This document shows, in pieces, positions 25,331 through 39,315 of a stretch of 64,000 bases of DNA. The position numbers and the translations under genes are program-made. Origin of the DNA: Vermamoeba vermiformis (lineage: Eukaryota); contig JBEWZL010000276.1 of the NCBI GenBank assembly GCA_045837725.1, positions 186,001-250,000 on the forward strand, written 5' to 3'. The notes below the pieces were generated by a model. The model was not told the origin of the DNA, ran no database searches, and saw only the letters and a program-made list of their open reading frames with translations. Numbering within the stretch: the stretch's first letter is position 1; the number at the start of each line of letters is the position of its first letter.

Positions 25331-27721
25331 ATGGCGCAGAATCTGTCAGAACGCGATCTAAGCGCGTGGCTTCATAGCAAGCTAGAAGAGCCGTGGAGCT
25401 CATCAAAATTAGCACCATTAATTACAAAGGAGATTATGAAGTTGATAGTAGACAGATTTTCATTATTGGACCCTGCGATCAAGATTCGCGTAATGCTCGC
25501 CTTTCTGACGATGCGCAAAGTCATGATCAAAGATATGGAAGCAGACCTATTGGAAATATATAAATTAGGAAAAGAAGATAACGATGAATGGGTTCGTGTT
25601 GTTGCGTCTTTATTATGTACATTCCCGACGCAAAACATGATCTCCTACACCGATATTCACGACAACGAAAATTTTGAAAAAGTATTCGATGATATAAAAT
25701 CTAAACGTAAGTATGGTTGATAATATTACGCCAATTTTTGTAAATTTTTGAATCGATTTAAGCTAAAATTACCGATCCACCGCGAACAATTAAATAACAC
25801 TCCGTTCTTCAATTTTAGTTGAATCGAAGACACCTTCGTTTTATCCACTAGAATATGCATACCTCAATCAATCATTGTTCCCGAAAGACTTGCTTCAATC
25901 GGTATCTGCGAATCCTCACTTCACAATCAAGAAACCCACACCACGTTTACCACCACCAACCAAAAAGCCAATTCCCATTCGGAAGTCGATCGACATGGGT
26001 GCCAGGCCCACTTCACCCGAGCCAGCAAGCCAGGCACGAGCCACATCTCCCCTCCCTCCTCGCCCAACCTCACCTGGTCCTAGTACCAACAAGGCAGATA
26101 TTGCTTCCAAATTATTTATTAACCGAAGCAAGAGCCGGTTGACAGGCAGTTCGAATGCGAAAACAGGCTTGCAAAGTTCGGGCACCATGGGAGCACCAGG
26201 AGCGAATCCAAAAATGGGTTTGCGTGAATCATTGACACGACTTGGCCCGCAACCGCAAAAACGAACACAAATGATTGGACTCGAAGAGATTGAAATGAAG
26301 CAGCAGCAACAAGAAGAAGAGCGTCGTCAAAAGCAACAACAGATCGAGGACGAGAAGCGAGCTAAACAGCAACAGATTGAAGAAGAGAAACGAGCTAAGC
26401 AAGCTAAACAAGGTATGTGTACTTTAATAGGACAGACCTACTATCTACTCTCATTACTGACACGTGATTTCTTGCAATAGCGGCTGAACGAGAGGCAGCA
26501 GAAGAAGCCAAGAAAAGAAAGCGTGCAGAAAAAGAAAAAGAACGCGCGGAGGGAAAGAAGCCGCGAAGGAAGAAACAGAAGCTCGACAACGAAGAGGGAG
26601 AGATCACGAGTGAACAAAACCCGGTTGAAGGCGAGGTGTCACAGTCAGCTCAAGTCAACACTACTATTACCACAGCTAGTTCTAACACAGTCGTAATGGC
26701 GCATGTTGTGCGGACGAATGGCTCTAGCAGCGATGACTTTGATTACGACGCACCAATGACCGATGTCAAGATTACACAAACGGACGAAGCAGCACGAGCC
26801 AGATTTAGTGCACCGATCTCCTCGCTAGTGACGGGTGCAGCCCCTGTTGGGAACAACATGTCCTCATTGTCTTTGGCAGAACGCTTGACGCAGTCGTTGG
26901 GCACCTTCGGTCAAGCTATGACGCAACGTACTATGCCTACACAATTGCCCTCTGTTGTGCCCATACCTCCCATGGCTATGTCGATGCAAAGACCTGTAGG
27001 AGGCGCAGATAGTGCCTCGCAAATGCTTTCTCAAGTGCTGAATCCAATGCACTCAGCGCCCGCACCACACAACCCTCACTCATTGCACAACCTTCTCTCT
27101 GGCGGCAATCCCACACCCATTCCTATCCCAGGCGAGCACCGCAATGTAACGCTACCGCCTATGCACATGCCTCCGCAACCGTTCCAAATCCCTGGTCAAG
27201 TTCCGCAATACTCGATCAACGATCTGCCTCCGCACTTGCAGCCTCAAATCCAACAACTGTTTGCTGAATCGCCAAAGCTGACCGAGATCGACAAATATAC
27301 AATCGTCAAGTTCTTATCACAAAAAGGTAAGGTTTCTTATTTATTTCGCAGCTTTGCTCCCACAAATATTTTTGCCCTGTTCGTTGGACAGGGTTACAGT
27401 CTTGCAGCACGCACTATTACTATCGAGCGCAAAGCGGATTGGATTGCTCCGGCTAGCTGTTCAAAACGTTAAAATCTGAATGGAAAGCAAAGGGGCGTCT
27501 TCTGCATAATTGCTCGCTTCTTTTTTTTGGGGTTTGATCTGATCCGTTTTCTTTTTCTAGAAACAACTGGAGAAAAAGGTCCAGCTGCACTTAGGACATT
27601 TTTGTGTAACGAAACAATAGTTGGTAATCAGCTGGAACAGTTCGTTTTTGAGATCAACTATGGCACGGGCACCTGGCGTAAGCTGAAGCGAAAACGAACG
27701 CTACAAACTCCGTCGATGTAA
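25331..27721 (+). CDS. NELFA: Negative elongation factor A homolog
   Basis: N-term DLSAWLHSKLEEPWSS...IKIRVMLAFL...DEWVRVVASLL, PLEYAYLN, HFTIKK; C-term FAESPKLTEIDKYTIVKFL and FEINYGTGTWRK. These parallel metazoan NELF-A motifs. Confidence 0.85.
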
Positions 27722-27936
27722 TTATAGCGAACAACGAAAGAAGACGGAACTTGGTAAATAAACTAATGTATATTACGCAAGAAAGGTTTATTCGAGGCAA
27801 GGCTTTTGACAAGCCTCGTTGCAAAGAAGGCGCAATTGGTGACACGGCGGGTGGCCTCTGTTCATTATTTATACGTAAGCCACCTTTCGTCAGTGAGGTT
27901 ACTCGCAGCCGAGCTGGGGTGGATCTTTTTCGTAGT

Positions 27937-29526
27937 CTACGGAGTCAGAACTTTCTTTCCAATGGTTTCTACAGCTATCGAAAAGCCATTGCCGCTCATA
28001 ACGGCCGTTATGTGCTTGCCTGCAAGAGCTTTGACGACACAGGGCAGCGACTTGTTCTCTTCATCATCGTGTCCAAGTTGACCATGCTCTGACCAGCCCC
28101 AAGTCAGCACTACACCCGCGTCTATCGATTAGAGCAGTTAATGACAGGTCATATATTCCAAGAGCAATAGGAGCAACGTACCTGTCAGTGCCAAAGTGTG
28201 CTCGGATCCACAAGTGACGTTCGTGACACGATGAGACTTGACAATAGAAGCGACCAATTGAGGCGTGCTTTGGTCCTCGAATGATCCAATGCCTAGTTGA
28301 CCATAGTTGTTACGACCCCAAGTGAATAAATGACCGTCTGTGTGCGTGCATCAGTTGAAGTTCAGTTATGTTCGAGCACTGATTCGTACCTTGAGTGAGC
28401 GCAACACTGAAGTTCCAACCACACGCGAGGTCAATAATGTGCTTCAGAGACTCTAATAGAATAGGAGTACCCTGTCTGTCAATCTTTTGGCTTATTCCTA
28501 GCTGACCGTAATTGTTGGATCCACACGTGTACACTTCATTAGTGTCTAGCACAAAATTAGCCCAATGATTGAAACCAGTACTACAATACCTGTTAAAAAT
28601 ATGGTGTGTCGTGCACCGCACGCTATTTTAGTGATTTTTCTGTTGTTGAACAGTGTGGCACTGAGCGGTGTTGGCACTTTGACATCTTGACACGTGTCAC
28701 TCAGACCCAACTGTCCAAACTTGCCTTGACCCCACACATAGGCTAAACCATCGCCTATTATACGGTTAATACGTGCATATTGGTGGTAAAATCTGAATGT
28801 GCCATCGCCTTACTGTCAATAGCGGCGCTGTGCCTCATGCCGCACGATATGAATTTGATTTGACGTGCAAGATCGAGTTTGACAGGTGTCACTTGGTGTG
28901 CCGATTTAACAGCCTGTTTTGCTTTGAATTTCATTGGAGGTCGTTTGGTTGTGGCAGGTGAAGGGTTGGGGGTGGATGTACCACTTTCTGCGCTCGGTAC
29001 ACTCACCGCACACCCTAGCTGGCCGTGGTCGTTATTGCCCCAAGCAAATATGACACCATTGTCTTAGTGTGTTAGTATCATATTAACTGCTTAGCAACGA
29101 AGAAATACCTGTAAGCGCGAGTGAGTGGTTCCATCCAGCTGCGGCGCTCACAATTTTTTCTCCTCTAGACGTCTACATTAGCAACGATTATGTAAGCGAT
29201 GGCAATATTTGGTGAATACCCGAAGATAATTTTGAACGGCTGGAAGGTTGTATTTATATTTCCATTCCCGATCTGACCGCTGTCATTAAGCCCAAACGAA
29301 TATAACTCGCATTTATCGGTGACCTACAATTTTTAAATATTTATTAGTAATTTTCTGCGTTTGAGAGAAATTGGATGCGCACAAGTAAAGTGTGAGAGCC
29401 TCCACCAGCAATCGTCTTGGGATTAAGGTTGGATAGAGCATCTGCTATTTTGGGCGTATTAATGTCCTTATTATCGCCGTGGCCGAGCTGCCCATCGCTG
29501 CCTGATCCCCACGACCAGATGAGCAT
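27937..29526 (-). CDS. RCC1-repeat protein (SERGEF/UVR8-like)
   Basis: Repeated WGxxxxGQLG and (A)CGxxH motifs across exons that splice in frame; starts MLIWSWGSGSDGQLGHG. Confidence 0.9.
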
Positions 29527-29676
29527 TCCTAAGGTGATTAAGACGTGCAATCGCTCGCAATTTATCTTATAGTAACGACATGTTCTTAGTATTCGCAGTT
29601 GGGCACGTGTGTTCGTGCACAAAATGGACTTAAAACTTTTCTTGGCAGTTTCGTTATTGACTTCATACAGAGCACC

Positions 29677-30992
29677 ATGGACGATCACCGAGGAAGATCA
29701 CGAGTAAGACAATCCCGGTGGGATAATGGACAGAAGGATCGATTGGCAATGACAGTGCCTTTTATTTTGCCTGCTGGTTTGGGAGACCAAGAGATCGAAG
29801 CGTTTATGATCCGCGTTAGAATTGACGAATTATTGAATAAATTAAAGAATAAGGATTATGGTAAGCATTTTAACAGCACATACAACGTTAACGCACGTAT
29901 AATAATTTTTATTGAATTGATTTTTAATTTTTTAATATTTTTCAGATTTGGAGATTCACGCTCGTTCTCCATCTCCTCCTCCCGTTTATGACGGCAAAAC
30001 TGGTAAAAGATTGAACACACGCGAGCAACGATACAAAGACAAGCTCGAGAAAGAATTAGCACTTCTTATTGAGAAAGCCAAATTTATCAACCCACGCTTT
30101 CAACCACCAGCAAACTTCAAGCCCAAAACTCTCAAAAAGACCAAAAAGATTTATTTGCCTGTTAAGCAATACCCTGACTACAACTTTATCGGTCTTATTC
30201 TCGGTAAGTATTTTCCTACTTAATTTTAGCTCTCGCGATCTGCATGACCGAATTTTTTTCTAACCAGTTATTATAGGTCCTCGTGGTACTAATCATAAGA
30301 AGCTTGAAGAACAGTCCAAGTGCAAGATTTACATCCGTGGTAAAGGTTCAGTGAAAGGCGGCACTTTCAAGCCTGAGTTCGAAAACGACGTGAACAACTT
30401 GGATGAGGATCTGCACTTGCTTATTGTCGCTGATGCTGAAGAGAATATTGCTAAGGCCGAGCAACTCCTCACGCCCTACATGACGCCCATGGAGGACTCG
30501 CACAATACCATCAAACAAGAACAACTCAAACAGCTGGCAATTATGAACGGTACTTACATTGAGCGCAATCAGCACTACTTGGAACACAAGGCCTACGTGA
30601 CCAATGTCTACTGCAAACACTGCGGTGAGATCAGTCACCCGAGCAGCGATTGTCCGTTCAAGAACAAGCAACTTACAGAGACCGAGAAGAAGACATTTGA
30701 CGACGAGTACATGCGACTCATGGCCTCGATTGACGGCGGTGATGTTGCTGCCACTGCTGCCCCGCACACTGAGATGGATGATGTATATAACCAGTTGATG
30801 GCTGCCATTGATGCACCGAAAGCAGCGCCTCAACAGCCCGCGCAACAACAGCCTGCTGCCAGTGCTGCTTCAATGGATCCAGCGGCTTATTACACCGCGT
30901 ATATGCAAGGACAACAGCAGCAACAACAGTACTATAATGGTCAGCCTGATTACTCAGCTTACTATAATCAGTACTATAACCAGCAACAGTAA
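29677..30992 (+). CDS. SF1: Splicing factor 1 / branchpoint-binding protein
   Basis: [27 protein letters not shown] domain [15 protein letters not shown]2 [14 protein letters not shown], zinc knuckle [14 protein letters not shown]. Confidence 0.95.
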
Positions 30993-31056
30993 GAGCTCGA
31001 TCCAGATCTGAATGTTTTGTAATATACTCCCAACTACTATAGTAATAAACGATTTA

Positions 31057-32346
31057 TTATATCGTTAAACTCGTTAGATTTTCGGGGACTTGGTGTTTAG
31101 CACCTATACACAAGAACGCATCTGCGTCTTCAATCGTTTGGTTGATCAGCTTTCGAGTAAAAAATGGAAATTTGGCTGTAGCTTCCTTCAACAAATATTC
31201 GTCGAGTCTGCTGTACCTCGAAATATATACTAGTACGAATATGCCATTGGGAGCAAGCATTTTATCGACAGTATTGAGTAGCGGCAAGACTGCTTCTTGC
31301 GTGTAACTAAAAACCCGTTAGATCCACTTGTGCAAAGAGAAATTGTAAATTTAAGACGTACATAATATCTGCGCCTAATATAATATCAAATCCTTTGTTA
31401 TTTGTCGTTTTCAAAGCAGTGTCCATGTCTGACTGATTTTCCCAGTACAATTTCATCGTTTGCAATCGATCTATAAGGCCGTTATTAAGTCGATTACAAT
31501 ATAGTATAAATTACCTTTATCTGTTATATTCAAAGCGACATTTTGATTTAAAACGTCGAGAACTTCATCGTTGCCATCTGTAATGAACAACGGCGATCCG
31601 CAATAGTGTGATGCAAATAAACCTGCAATATGGTAAATATGTGCAATATGTAGTAATGTGTAATATTTCATACTTGGTAGGCCTGTGCCAGCACCTAGTT
31701 CAATTAACGACTTGTCTTTGAACAGATCTTTGTTTTGTTTAATATAATGACATAAAAGGGTTGCACCGGCCCAAATTTTAATCCCTGCAGTAATATATTA
31801 ATATTGTTACGAACGATCGCGAGAACAAACCTGTCACATCATTTCCCTCTTCAACAAATCCAACCTAATTTTTTAAAACGATCAATTTAATTTAAATAAT
31901 CATTTGATTCGGTAGTATGACGTTACAACATCATTTAAGTTAGTATATTGCGGTAGATAATTTGTAAAAAATCATACTGCATCGCTGGGGGCTAGTACAT
32001 CTACACACTTCAGTGTAATTTTGACACCGTCAAAGTTCAGCGTCTTTTGCCCAAGAGTATAATAGCTGTTTGTTGATTAGAATATCATCATTGCCACAGT
32101 ATCGTTAATACTACCTCATGTGTGTTCCTCGATCGCGTTTTGGAATTGCATTTCTCTCGAGCTTTTTTCTGATATTTTGCCCTAAAGAATCGGAGTCAGA
32201 ATATAGTGTAACTGGTATAGTGAGTATTTATACAATCTCATACTGGAATGGTGGATGCAGATCAAGACCTGCGATTTTGCCTTCCTTTGTTGTGGCTGAT
32301 CAGGTAGACTTGTTTGGTTTCTTGAACTTTCAATATACAATTTCAT
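31057..32346 (-). CDS. Family-16 lysine methyltransferase (METTL21/22/23-like); start may instead be ATG 32120
   Basis: TGIKIWAGATLL, LIELGAGTGL, ITDGNDEVL, FDIILGADIIY. Confidence 0.85.
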
Positions 32347-32488
32347 CGACAAAGTGTCATCCTGACGTCACTGGAACGTAGGTAATCTTAGTTTTCTATG
32401 AACAATCTATCTCGCAAAAAAATACGAAAGACCAGCCACAAAAAGAAATAAAAGTCGCAAAGCCTTTTTAATTGAACAACACAACTAG

Positions 32489-34763
32489 ATGGAACAAAAC
32501 AACAACAACATGACTGACGCTCAAGGACCCACCAACACGATTAAGTTACACAAGAACGATTGCCCGACTGAATGGGTTACCGCATTCACCGATCGCGCTG
32601 AAGTTACCCGTTTAATTAAGACCAAGGTCACTGCTGGTATGTAAAACCATTTTATAATTGAGATAGTCCTGACAGTGCGAATGGTAGGTCTTAACGAAAT
32701 TGTTATCGTGGATTTGCCCATGGCGGTCGACAGAAATTCAGTTCGTGTTACTGGTGGTCAAGGATTGGCTACCATCTTAGAGGCATGTATATAAAGACAC
32801 CCCGATATTTTACAGTTTTATTCTAACAAAATTAAATTTTTAAGGTCTCTTGCTCTACCGGTTTCCAAGCTTCTGAAACTGACCCCAACAAATCTGAAAA
32901 AGAAGCGTAAGTATTGTATAATTACAATCAAGCCTCCTTCATTCGTGCAATATCTGAAACGCTCATTAACCGGGATTTACAGTCAGATCGAAGAACTCAA
33001 AAACAAGAAGCGAACAGTCGAACTTGAAATTGCTCGCGTTGATGTAAGTTTCATCTTCATTATTGCTTATTGCATTTCAATATTTTGGCTGCTATTTTTA
33101 GCGTTTTTCGTTAACGGAGTATCTAACGCTTATTTTTAATGTTGCTAGAAAGAGTATAATTGGATCGAGGGCTTTGCAGGCACAGTTCGCAATCCTACAG
33201 CTGGCAAGGACGGCGCCGCACCAAATTTTTTCAATGCCGGAGTTTTAAATGAAGTCGGCAACTTTTTGGAGTTCTATCAAACTCGTTTGGCGCAGATCGA
33301 CGAGAAGTCTGAAAAATTGAAGAAAGACTTGAAAGGTACGCAGTAAATTATCCACTTAGTGAAGCAATTGCTTACCTAATTTTACTTCTTAGACATCAAC
33401 GAGAAGATCCAAGTCGTTAGTGGCTCGTTGAACCCTCATGTTCGCTCTAGCCAGTACACTGAAGTCACCGTTGCTTTGGAGGCCAAGAAAGACAGCGAGG
33501 TACGTGCTAATGAACCATATTCTAAAGATACATCCGCTAATCCTCGTGAGCAGATTGCCATGCAATTGTCGTACGTCATCACTGGCGCTCATTGGAACGC
33601 TAGCTACGATGTGCGCGTCGTCTCGGGCGAGAAGACCATCGAGTTGACTTACTACGGTGTGATCACTAACAACTCCACCGATGACTGGCTCAACGTAAGT
33701 AACAATCTTGTGTGCCATTGAAGTCTAACTAAATCTAATCCTTGCGCGTCAGACCAACGTCATCTTGTCCACGGCCAAGCCTTCAGTCGGCGGTGCTCCT
33801 CCTGCTCTCTACACCAAATTTGTCAACTTCACGTACAACGCCTCCAGAAACTTCTACAGGGCTTCGGAGGCAAGATCCTCGATGTTAAATGCTGCTCCTA
33901 TGCAAGCGCAAACCGCCGTGTACCACGTGGCCGATATGGAAGATATGGCTGGAGGTGCTCCTGGAGGTGGCTTCGGCAGTGCACCGATGGAAGTGATGAC
34001 CACGAGTGCTTCTGAAGGTGTGACTAGCAGCACTTTCAACATTCCGCGCAAGTGCGACATTGCCTCGGACAACAAGCCGCACAAGGTGACCATCAAGATC
34101 ATCAAGTTGGACGCTGTCTTCACTTACGAGACCATCCCGAGATTGCAAGCTGAGGCTTTCTTGAAGGCCAGCATCAAGAACTCGGCTGAAGGCTATCCTT
34201 TCTTGCCCGGTGATTTGAACATCTTCATGGACGGCAACTTCGTCTCCAAGTCCACCATGAACGTAAGTGTCACTCTTTTAGCACCGAATGAGCAATCTTT
34301 TCTAATTAATATCTTTAGCACGTGAACTCCTCTGAGAGCTTCACCATCTTCTTGGGCTCGGACAGCGGTGTCAAGGTCGAGCACAAATGTCTCGGCAACT
34401 TCCAAGAGTCCTCTGGCATCTTCCAAAAGGTGCACAACAAGAAGTTCAAGTCGAAGATCATCATCAAGAACAACAAGAAGCAGCCCGTCAAAATTGCCGC
34501 GTACGACCAATTGCCCAAGAGCAGCGACGCGAGCATCAAGGTCAAGCTGATTGAACCTGTCATTGAAGAGGGCTCGAAGAAGATTAAAGTCACTGAGGCT
34601 AATAACGTAAGTACCACTCGTCGTGTGTCCATTGAAGATTGTTTTATTGAGATGAATTCTTTTGTAGCTCCGCTGGAAGCTCGTCATTCCCGCCGGTGAA
34701 ATGCGTGAAATTCCATTCGAGTACTCAGTTGAATGGCCCACTAACAAGACTATCAACTTGTAA
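32489..34763 (+). CDS. DUF4140/DUF4139 (F37C4.5/MuiA-like) protein
   Basis: VTAFTDRAEVTR, LSYVITGAHWNASYDVRV, ITNNSTDDW, LSTAKPS, DIASDNKPHKVTI, FLPGDLNIFMDGNFV. Contains a GC-AG intron at 32783-32844. Confidence 0.9.
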
Positions 34764-35165
34764 ACGATCAGTGGTGATATGGTGTAGTGATGCGCATTAA
34801 TATGTAGAATAAAACGCGATTTGCTAATACTTGCAACTATAAGGCCGAGTTAAATTAAATTGAACCACGCTGACCAAACATTTAAAGGAAAATCAATTAA
34901 GTATTATTGAATGCAATTTCGGCGCAACACTCTAAATGCAGTGGAGTTGCTGGTCAGTCCGTAGTGAGTATAGTCCTGCTCCTGTAGCCACCGTCCCTTG
35001 TCAATCAGCCCTCATACAAACAATCCGATCAAGTCCCCTAAAGCCGAGCTTTCAACACTCCACGCACACTTCTCACTGCTCGTTGCAACTCTGATGATCT
35101 AAGAATTGCTGTCATAAAATTAAAGTTGACTGGCACGTTGACAGTTTGCGACCTAACTCTGAGTT

Positions 35166-38100
35166 TTATGGATAAGTCTGTTGCAAATGTGTTACAACAA
35201 ATGCTTCATGAACGCCGTGCTGCATATCGATCACGTGCTTGGTGTTGTGAGGCGTGAATGTGATCAGCTGCGACTCATTCGGCAACAACATGACTGCATT
35301 GTCGCTGAAATGACCTTCAACGCGGTGATCTTTGGGCTGCAAATAGACGAACAGCAGAGGCTGTGTCGCTGTCAACTTGAGTGTGATGTCAGTGCTGTTG
35401 GTCTGGTTGGCAATGTGCGTGATGGTCAAGGCAGTCGCAGGCACTTTTTGAAGTTTGAGTGATTTGAATGGAACGAAGAAATGGAAATTTGTTGAGGACA
35501 GATCACGTGCTCGAGCGGAATAACTAACAAAACACTCATTTTTCTAAATTAGGAAGGTTAGTTAAGTGCAGAATTTCATGAAATAGTACCTTGTATTCAC
35601 CCAAAAACGCGGCAATATTTTCACTGAACGCTGTCACACTGTGATTGTGCTTTACTGTCACATTGCGAGTCACGTGCTTGACAACTCGATTTTCAGTGAA
35701 CGAAACGAGTCGAATATCAACTGTCACTTCGAGCTCGGCACGAACATCACTAGTGACCCAGATCTGGTTCACAATAAGTCATTAGAGCCTTAATTAGGCA
35801 ATAATAAATGCAGTGCTGACCTCTACTTTGTTGTCTTTTTCAAATGATGAAATTAACAGTGGCGCGAAGAAGTGTTTTGCAAAGTTGTGCAGGCTGCAGT
35901 AAAATGACACGTGTCAATTCGAAATCTCCATGCCGTTCAGTGAACGAGACTTACACCTTCCACGTGCCATTGTGCTCGAGACTGGACCAACTGGCACCTT
36001 GCCAGATGTCATTCAACTGCCAGTAGATCGCGCCCATGCAGTACGGCATGATTCTGCGCCAGTGTTCTGAACAGTGCATCAGACATATTATTATTACCAT
36101 ATTAGGCAAGTGTTGTTCGTACCGACCCCAGCTTTGATTGACAGGCCTTGCAGCACTTGACTGACGTAAATAAAATTGATAAAATTGTTCGGAAATCTGA
36201 ACTGGCGCATGGTGTGTTCGACGATGCATCTGTTGCCCTGAATAGGACTGCGCTGGCGAAATTCCATTTGCGGACTATTAATCGACCAATCATCGTCGTC
36301 CAACAGCACGTGACTCAATGTGTTTTTGCTCGGCAATGATTGAAAACCGAATTCACTGCAGAACCGCGGCTTGATCTCCATGTACGCGGAGAATGGTTTG
36401 TTGCCGTGCCACACTGCCCAGTAGTGTATGTCTAAATTAGGAAATAATTAATTAGCCGGAAAAATACTTGCAATAATTTAAATTTTTTAGAATATTCCTA
36501 ATAAGGTAATGTACCTCCACGTGCGTGTTCAGCAGGGTTGCCCCACTGATTGACACCATTGCTCGGTGAGCTGGGCCAAAACAAAATGTTCGGATCCGCA
36601 TCGAGTGCTACGCGCTGCACAGTGTCCAAATAGAGCTTGACGTAATCATCAATATAGCGCTGTTTAGGCACTAATATCGCTGCCATGTCTTGGCTGGTCA
36701 TTAATAGCTCTTCATTCTCGTTGTTCGCGCACCACAACAAAATACTCGGATGCGTATTCAGTCGTCTGATCTGTTCCGGAAAATAATAAGACAAATGAAA
36801 TCATCATTGAGTATGACTTACTTGATATTCAACTTCTTTAGCGACATTATTCAAGAACTGCTCGTCAGCGGGGTACATTGAACACGCGAACATAAAGTCG
36901 TGCCAGATCAGCAGTCCTAAGGAGTCGCAGCTCGCATAGAACCAATCACTTTCATATCGACCACCTATACTGTATAATAAATACAATGCAGGCATCGAAG
37001 TACCATCGCTAATTATTTTTGTAACGGATCTTCCAAAAAAGGAAATGATTTGAATTTACCTCCCCACATGCGAATGCAGTTCATATTAGCCTCAGCAGAG
37101 CTCTTCAGTAGTTGTACAATATGATCTTGCGCCATTCTGTTGTAGAAGCAGTCTGGCGGAATATAATTCGCTCCTTTAATGTAGATCGGAACATTATTAA
37201 CTCTAATAGGAGTTTGATTGGTAATAGTCCATGATAATTAACATTAATAGTGCTTACTTAAAATAGAATGACTCTCCAGTCTCGTCTTTTTCCCTGATCA
37301 GTTCTATAGTCCTCAGGCCAATTCGTTTGGTCATTTTATCGATTGGCAACAGATCTGACGACAATAATTCCGCTTCTAACGCGTACAAATATTGCGCGCC
37401 TTGTCCGAGGGGCCACCTATCATATTACTATATTAGGAATCGAGTTCATGAAACTAATTTCAGAATTACAGTTCAAATTCAACGAAGAATTCAGTCCGTT
37501 TAGTACGTACCACAGCTGCGGATCATTAACTGTAATTTTTCCGCTTAATATTTGCAGATCTTTGCTGTTCTGATCGGCACTCACGTTGACATTGTGACTG
37601 GCAATGAGCACGTGATTTTTATCGAAGAGTTTCAATGCGAGTGTCAGTGCAGTACTCGTGTTGACAGGTGTCAAAGTGACGCGTGTCAAAATATCAAGTG
37701 TCACAGCGTCAGTCACGTGATGTTGTCGTACTGTCACGGACTCAATTATTCCGCGCTCAATGACTTGAATGGAAATAGGCTTGTTGATGCCCATAGTTGG
37801 GAAACACGGTCCCCAATCCCTAATTAGGAAATACAGTACGTGTCAGTAACTATGTGGCGCGTGTCAAAATAAATTGAAGCAAAGACTGTTCTCGATCAGA
37901 TCTGACGTACCAGCCAAACGCACAAGCAGCCTTGCGAATTTGATTCCAATGCTTTTCACCGTTCATATATTGAGAATAGGGCACTAAATAAGGACTTTTT
38001 GACGCACGATCCAGACAGTAATAGACTGGCGAGTGGATGTCGATTTGAATGATGTTAAGTGGCTTGAGAAGTGCCTGGTCGAGGGTAAATACGTATTCTA

Positions 38101-38587
38101 AGAATTCATTTTCACATTTCCCAATAATTTGACCGTTAATTGAGATCGTAGCTGCGAATTAATAATTAAAAATAATTGTACATTATAATATCTTGACTTA
38201 CCAATCGTATCTATGCCTTCGCAACGCAATCTAATAAGTGAACTGTTGTTGTTCGATAATACATTATCAGCTACAGCAAATTCTCGTTCATATCTCCAGT
38301 CACAACGCGGGATCCACCTTTGAGCTGAAAGAAAAAATTAAATAAATTGTGTAAAATGGTATTTATGCGAATATAATACCTGACTCGTTATAATCTTTGT
38401 ATGGGTCAGCAATTATATTTTTTCTGAGAAGATCTAAGTGAATTAAGCCAGGCACAGTTGCTTCAATTTCATTTAAAGGCACATCCGACGGTGGTTCGCA
38501 TCTATATACGTCCTCTAAGGCACTATAGGCCTTATTAACACCTAGGCACGTTAATTTCCACGCGCCATTCAGATCTATGGTCGCCAT
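35166..38587 (-). CDS. MANBA: Beta-mannosidase (GH2), no obvious signal peptide
   Basis: [67 protein letters not shown]. Confidence 0.95.
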
Positions 38588-38687
38588 TGCAAGTTAAGAA
38601 AAATCAAATTGATACTCACAAAATCAGTTTAAAACCGCGTTATTTCAATATAATTTATTGTCTATACATTAAATAAGGCTATTTATA

Positions 38688-39082
38688 TTAGAGGTTCTTG
38701 TATTCCTTGCCGGTTTCCATGCGAGCAGGTTGAGCGCCGTCAGAAACACGGTAGTAAGCGGGTTGAACATCAGCACCGCGCTCGTATCTATATAAATGAT
38801 ATTAATTACATATCAACACGTATATTAACGTAAAGATCGCAATAAATCGCCCTAGTATGAGTCGAGATTTGTTAACTTACTCAGCGTTTCTCTTGGCGTT
38901 CAATTGAGCGGCGTGTTCTTTCTTGAATTGACCGAGGCACAAAGCGTGGTAAGCATTGCCGTCATAGAGACGTTCCTCGGCTAATAATAAAGCGATTAGA
39001 GATCTGTTTTTGCAATTTTCGCTAACGAAGTAAATCTACCTTTGTAAACAGTCTTGTTGCAAAAAGAGCACTTAGTAGACAT
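38688..39082 (-). CDS. 80-aa protein with a single LIM-type zinc finger (half-LIM); absent from the ORF track
   Basis: Three exons give MSTKCSFCNKTVYKAEERLYDGNAYHALCLGQFKKEHAAQLNAKRNAEYERGADVQPAYYRVSDGAQPARMETGKEYKNL, with C-x2-C-x17-H-x2-C. Confidence 0.8.
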
Positions 39083-39315
39083 TATGAAATGATGTGTGGT
39101 GATTAGGTGGTTGAAATATTGACAATAAAAGATTCGAGCGAAAGATTTTTTCTTCAGTTTGGCCCTGATAGATTTTCGAACTCACAAAGTGCAGATCCAA
39201 GCCAGATTTTAATGTTAATCTATTGTATACTACATATGAACTCATAAAATGACGCGTATTGGAAAATATTGAATGTTTGTACTTGTAAACACCAGATTTG
39301 CGCTTGATTTTTAAA

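Noticed and set aside
27349-27360. U4 snRNA-like start AGCTTTGC
   Set aside because: Similarity stops after 8 nt, with no kink-turn or Sm site arrangement.
34930-35100. GC-richer spacer with an AAGTCCCC motif resembling RNase MRP P4
   Set aside because: No downstream GGGGCT partner; a 52-codon ORF there has no support.
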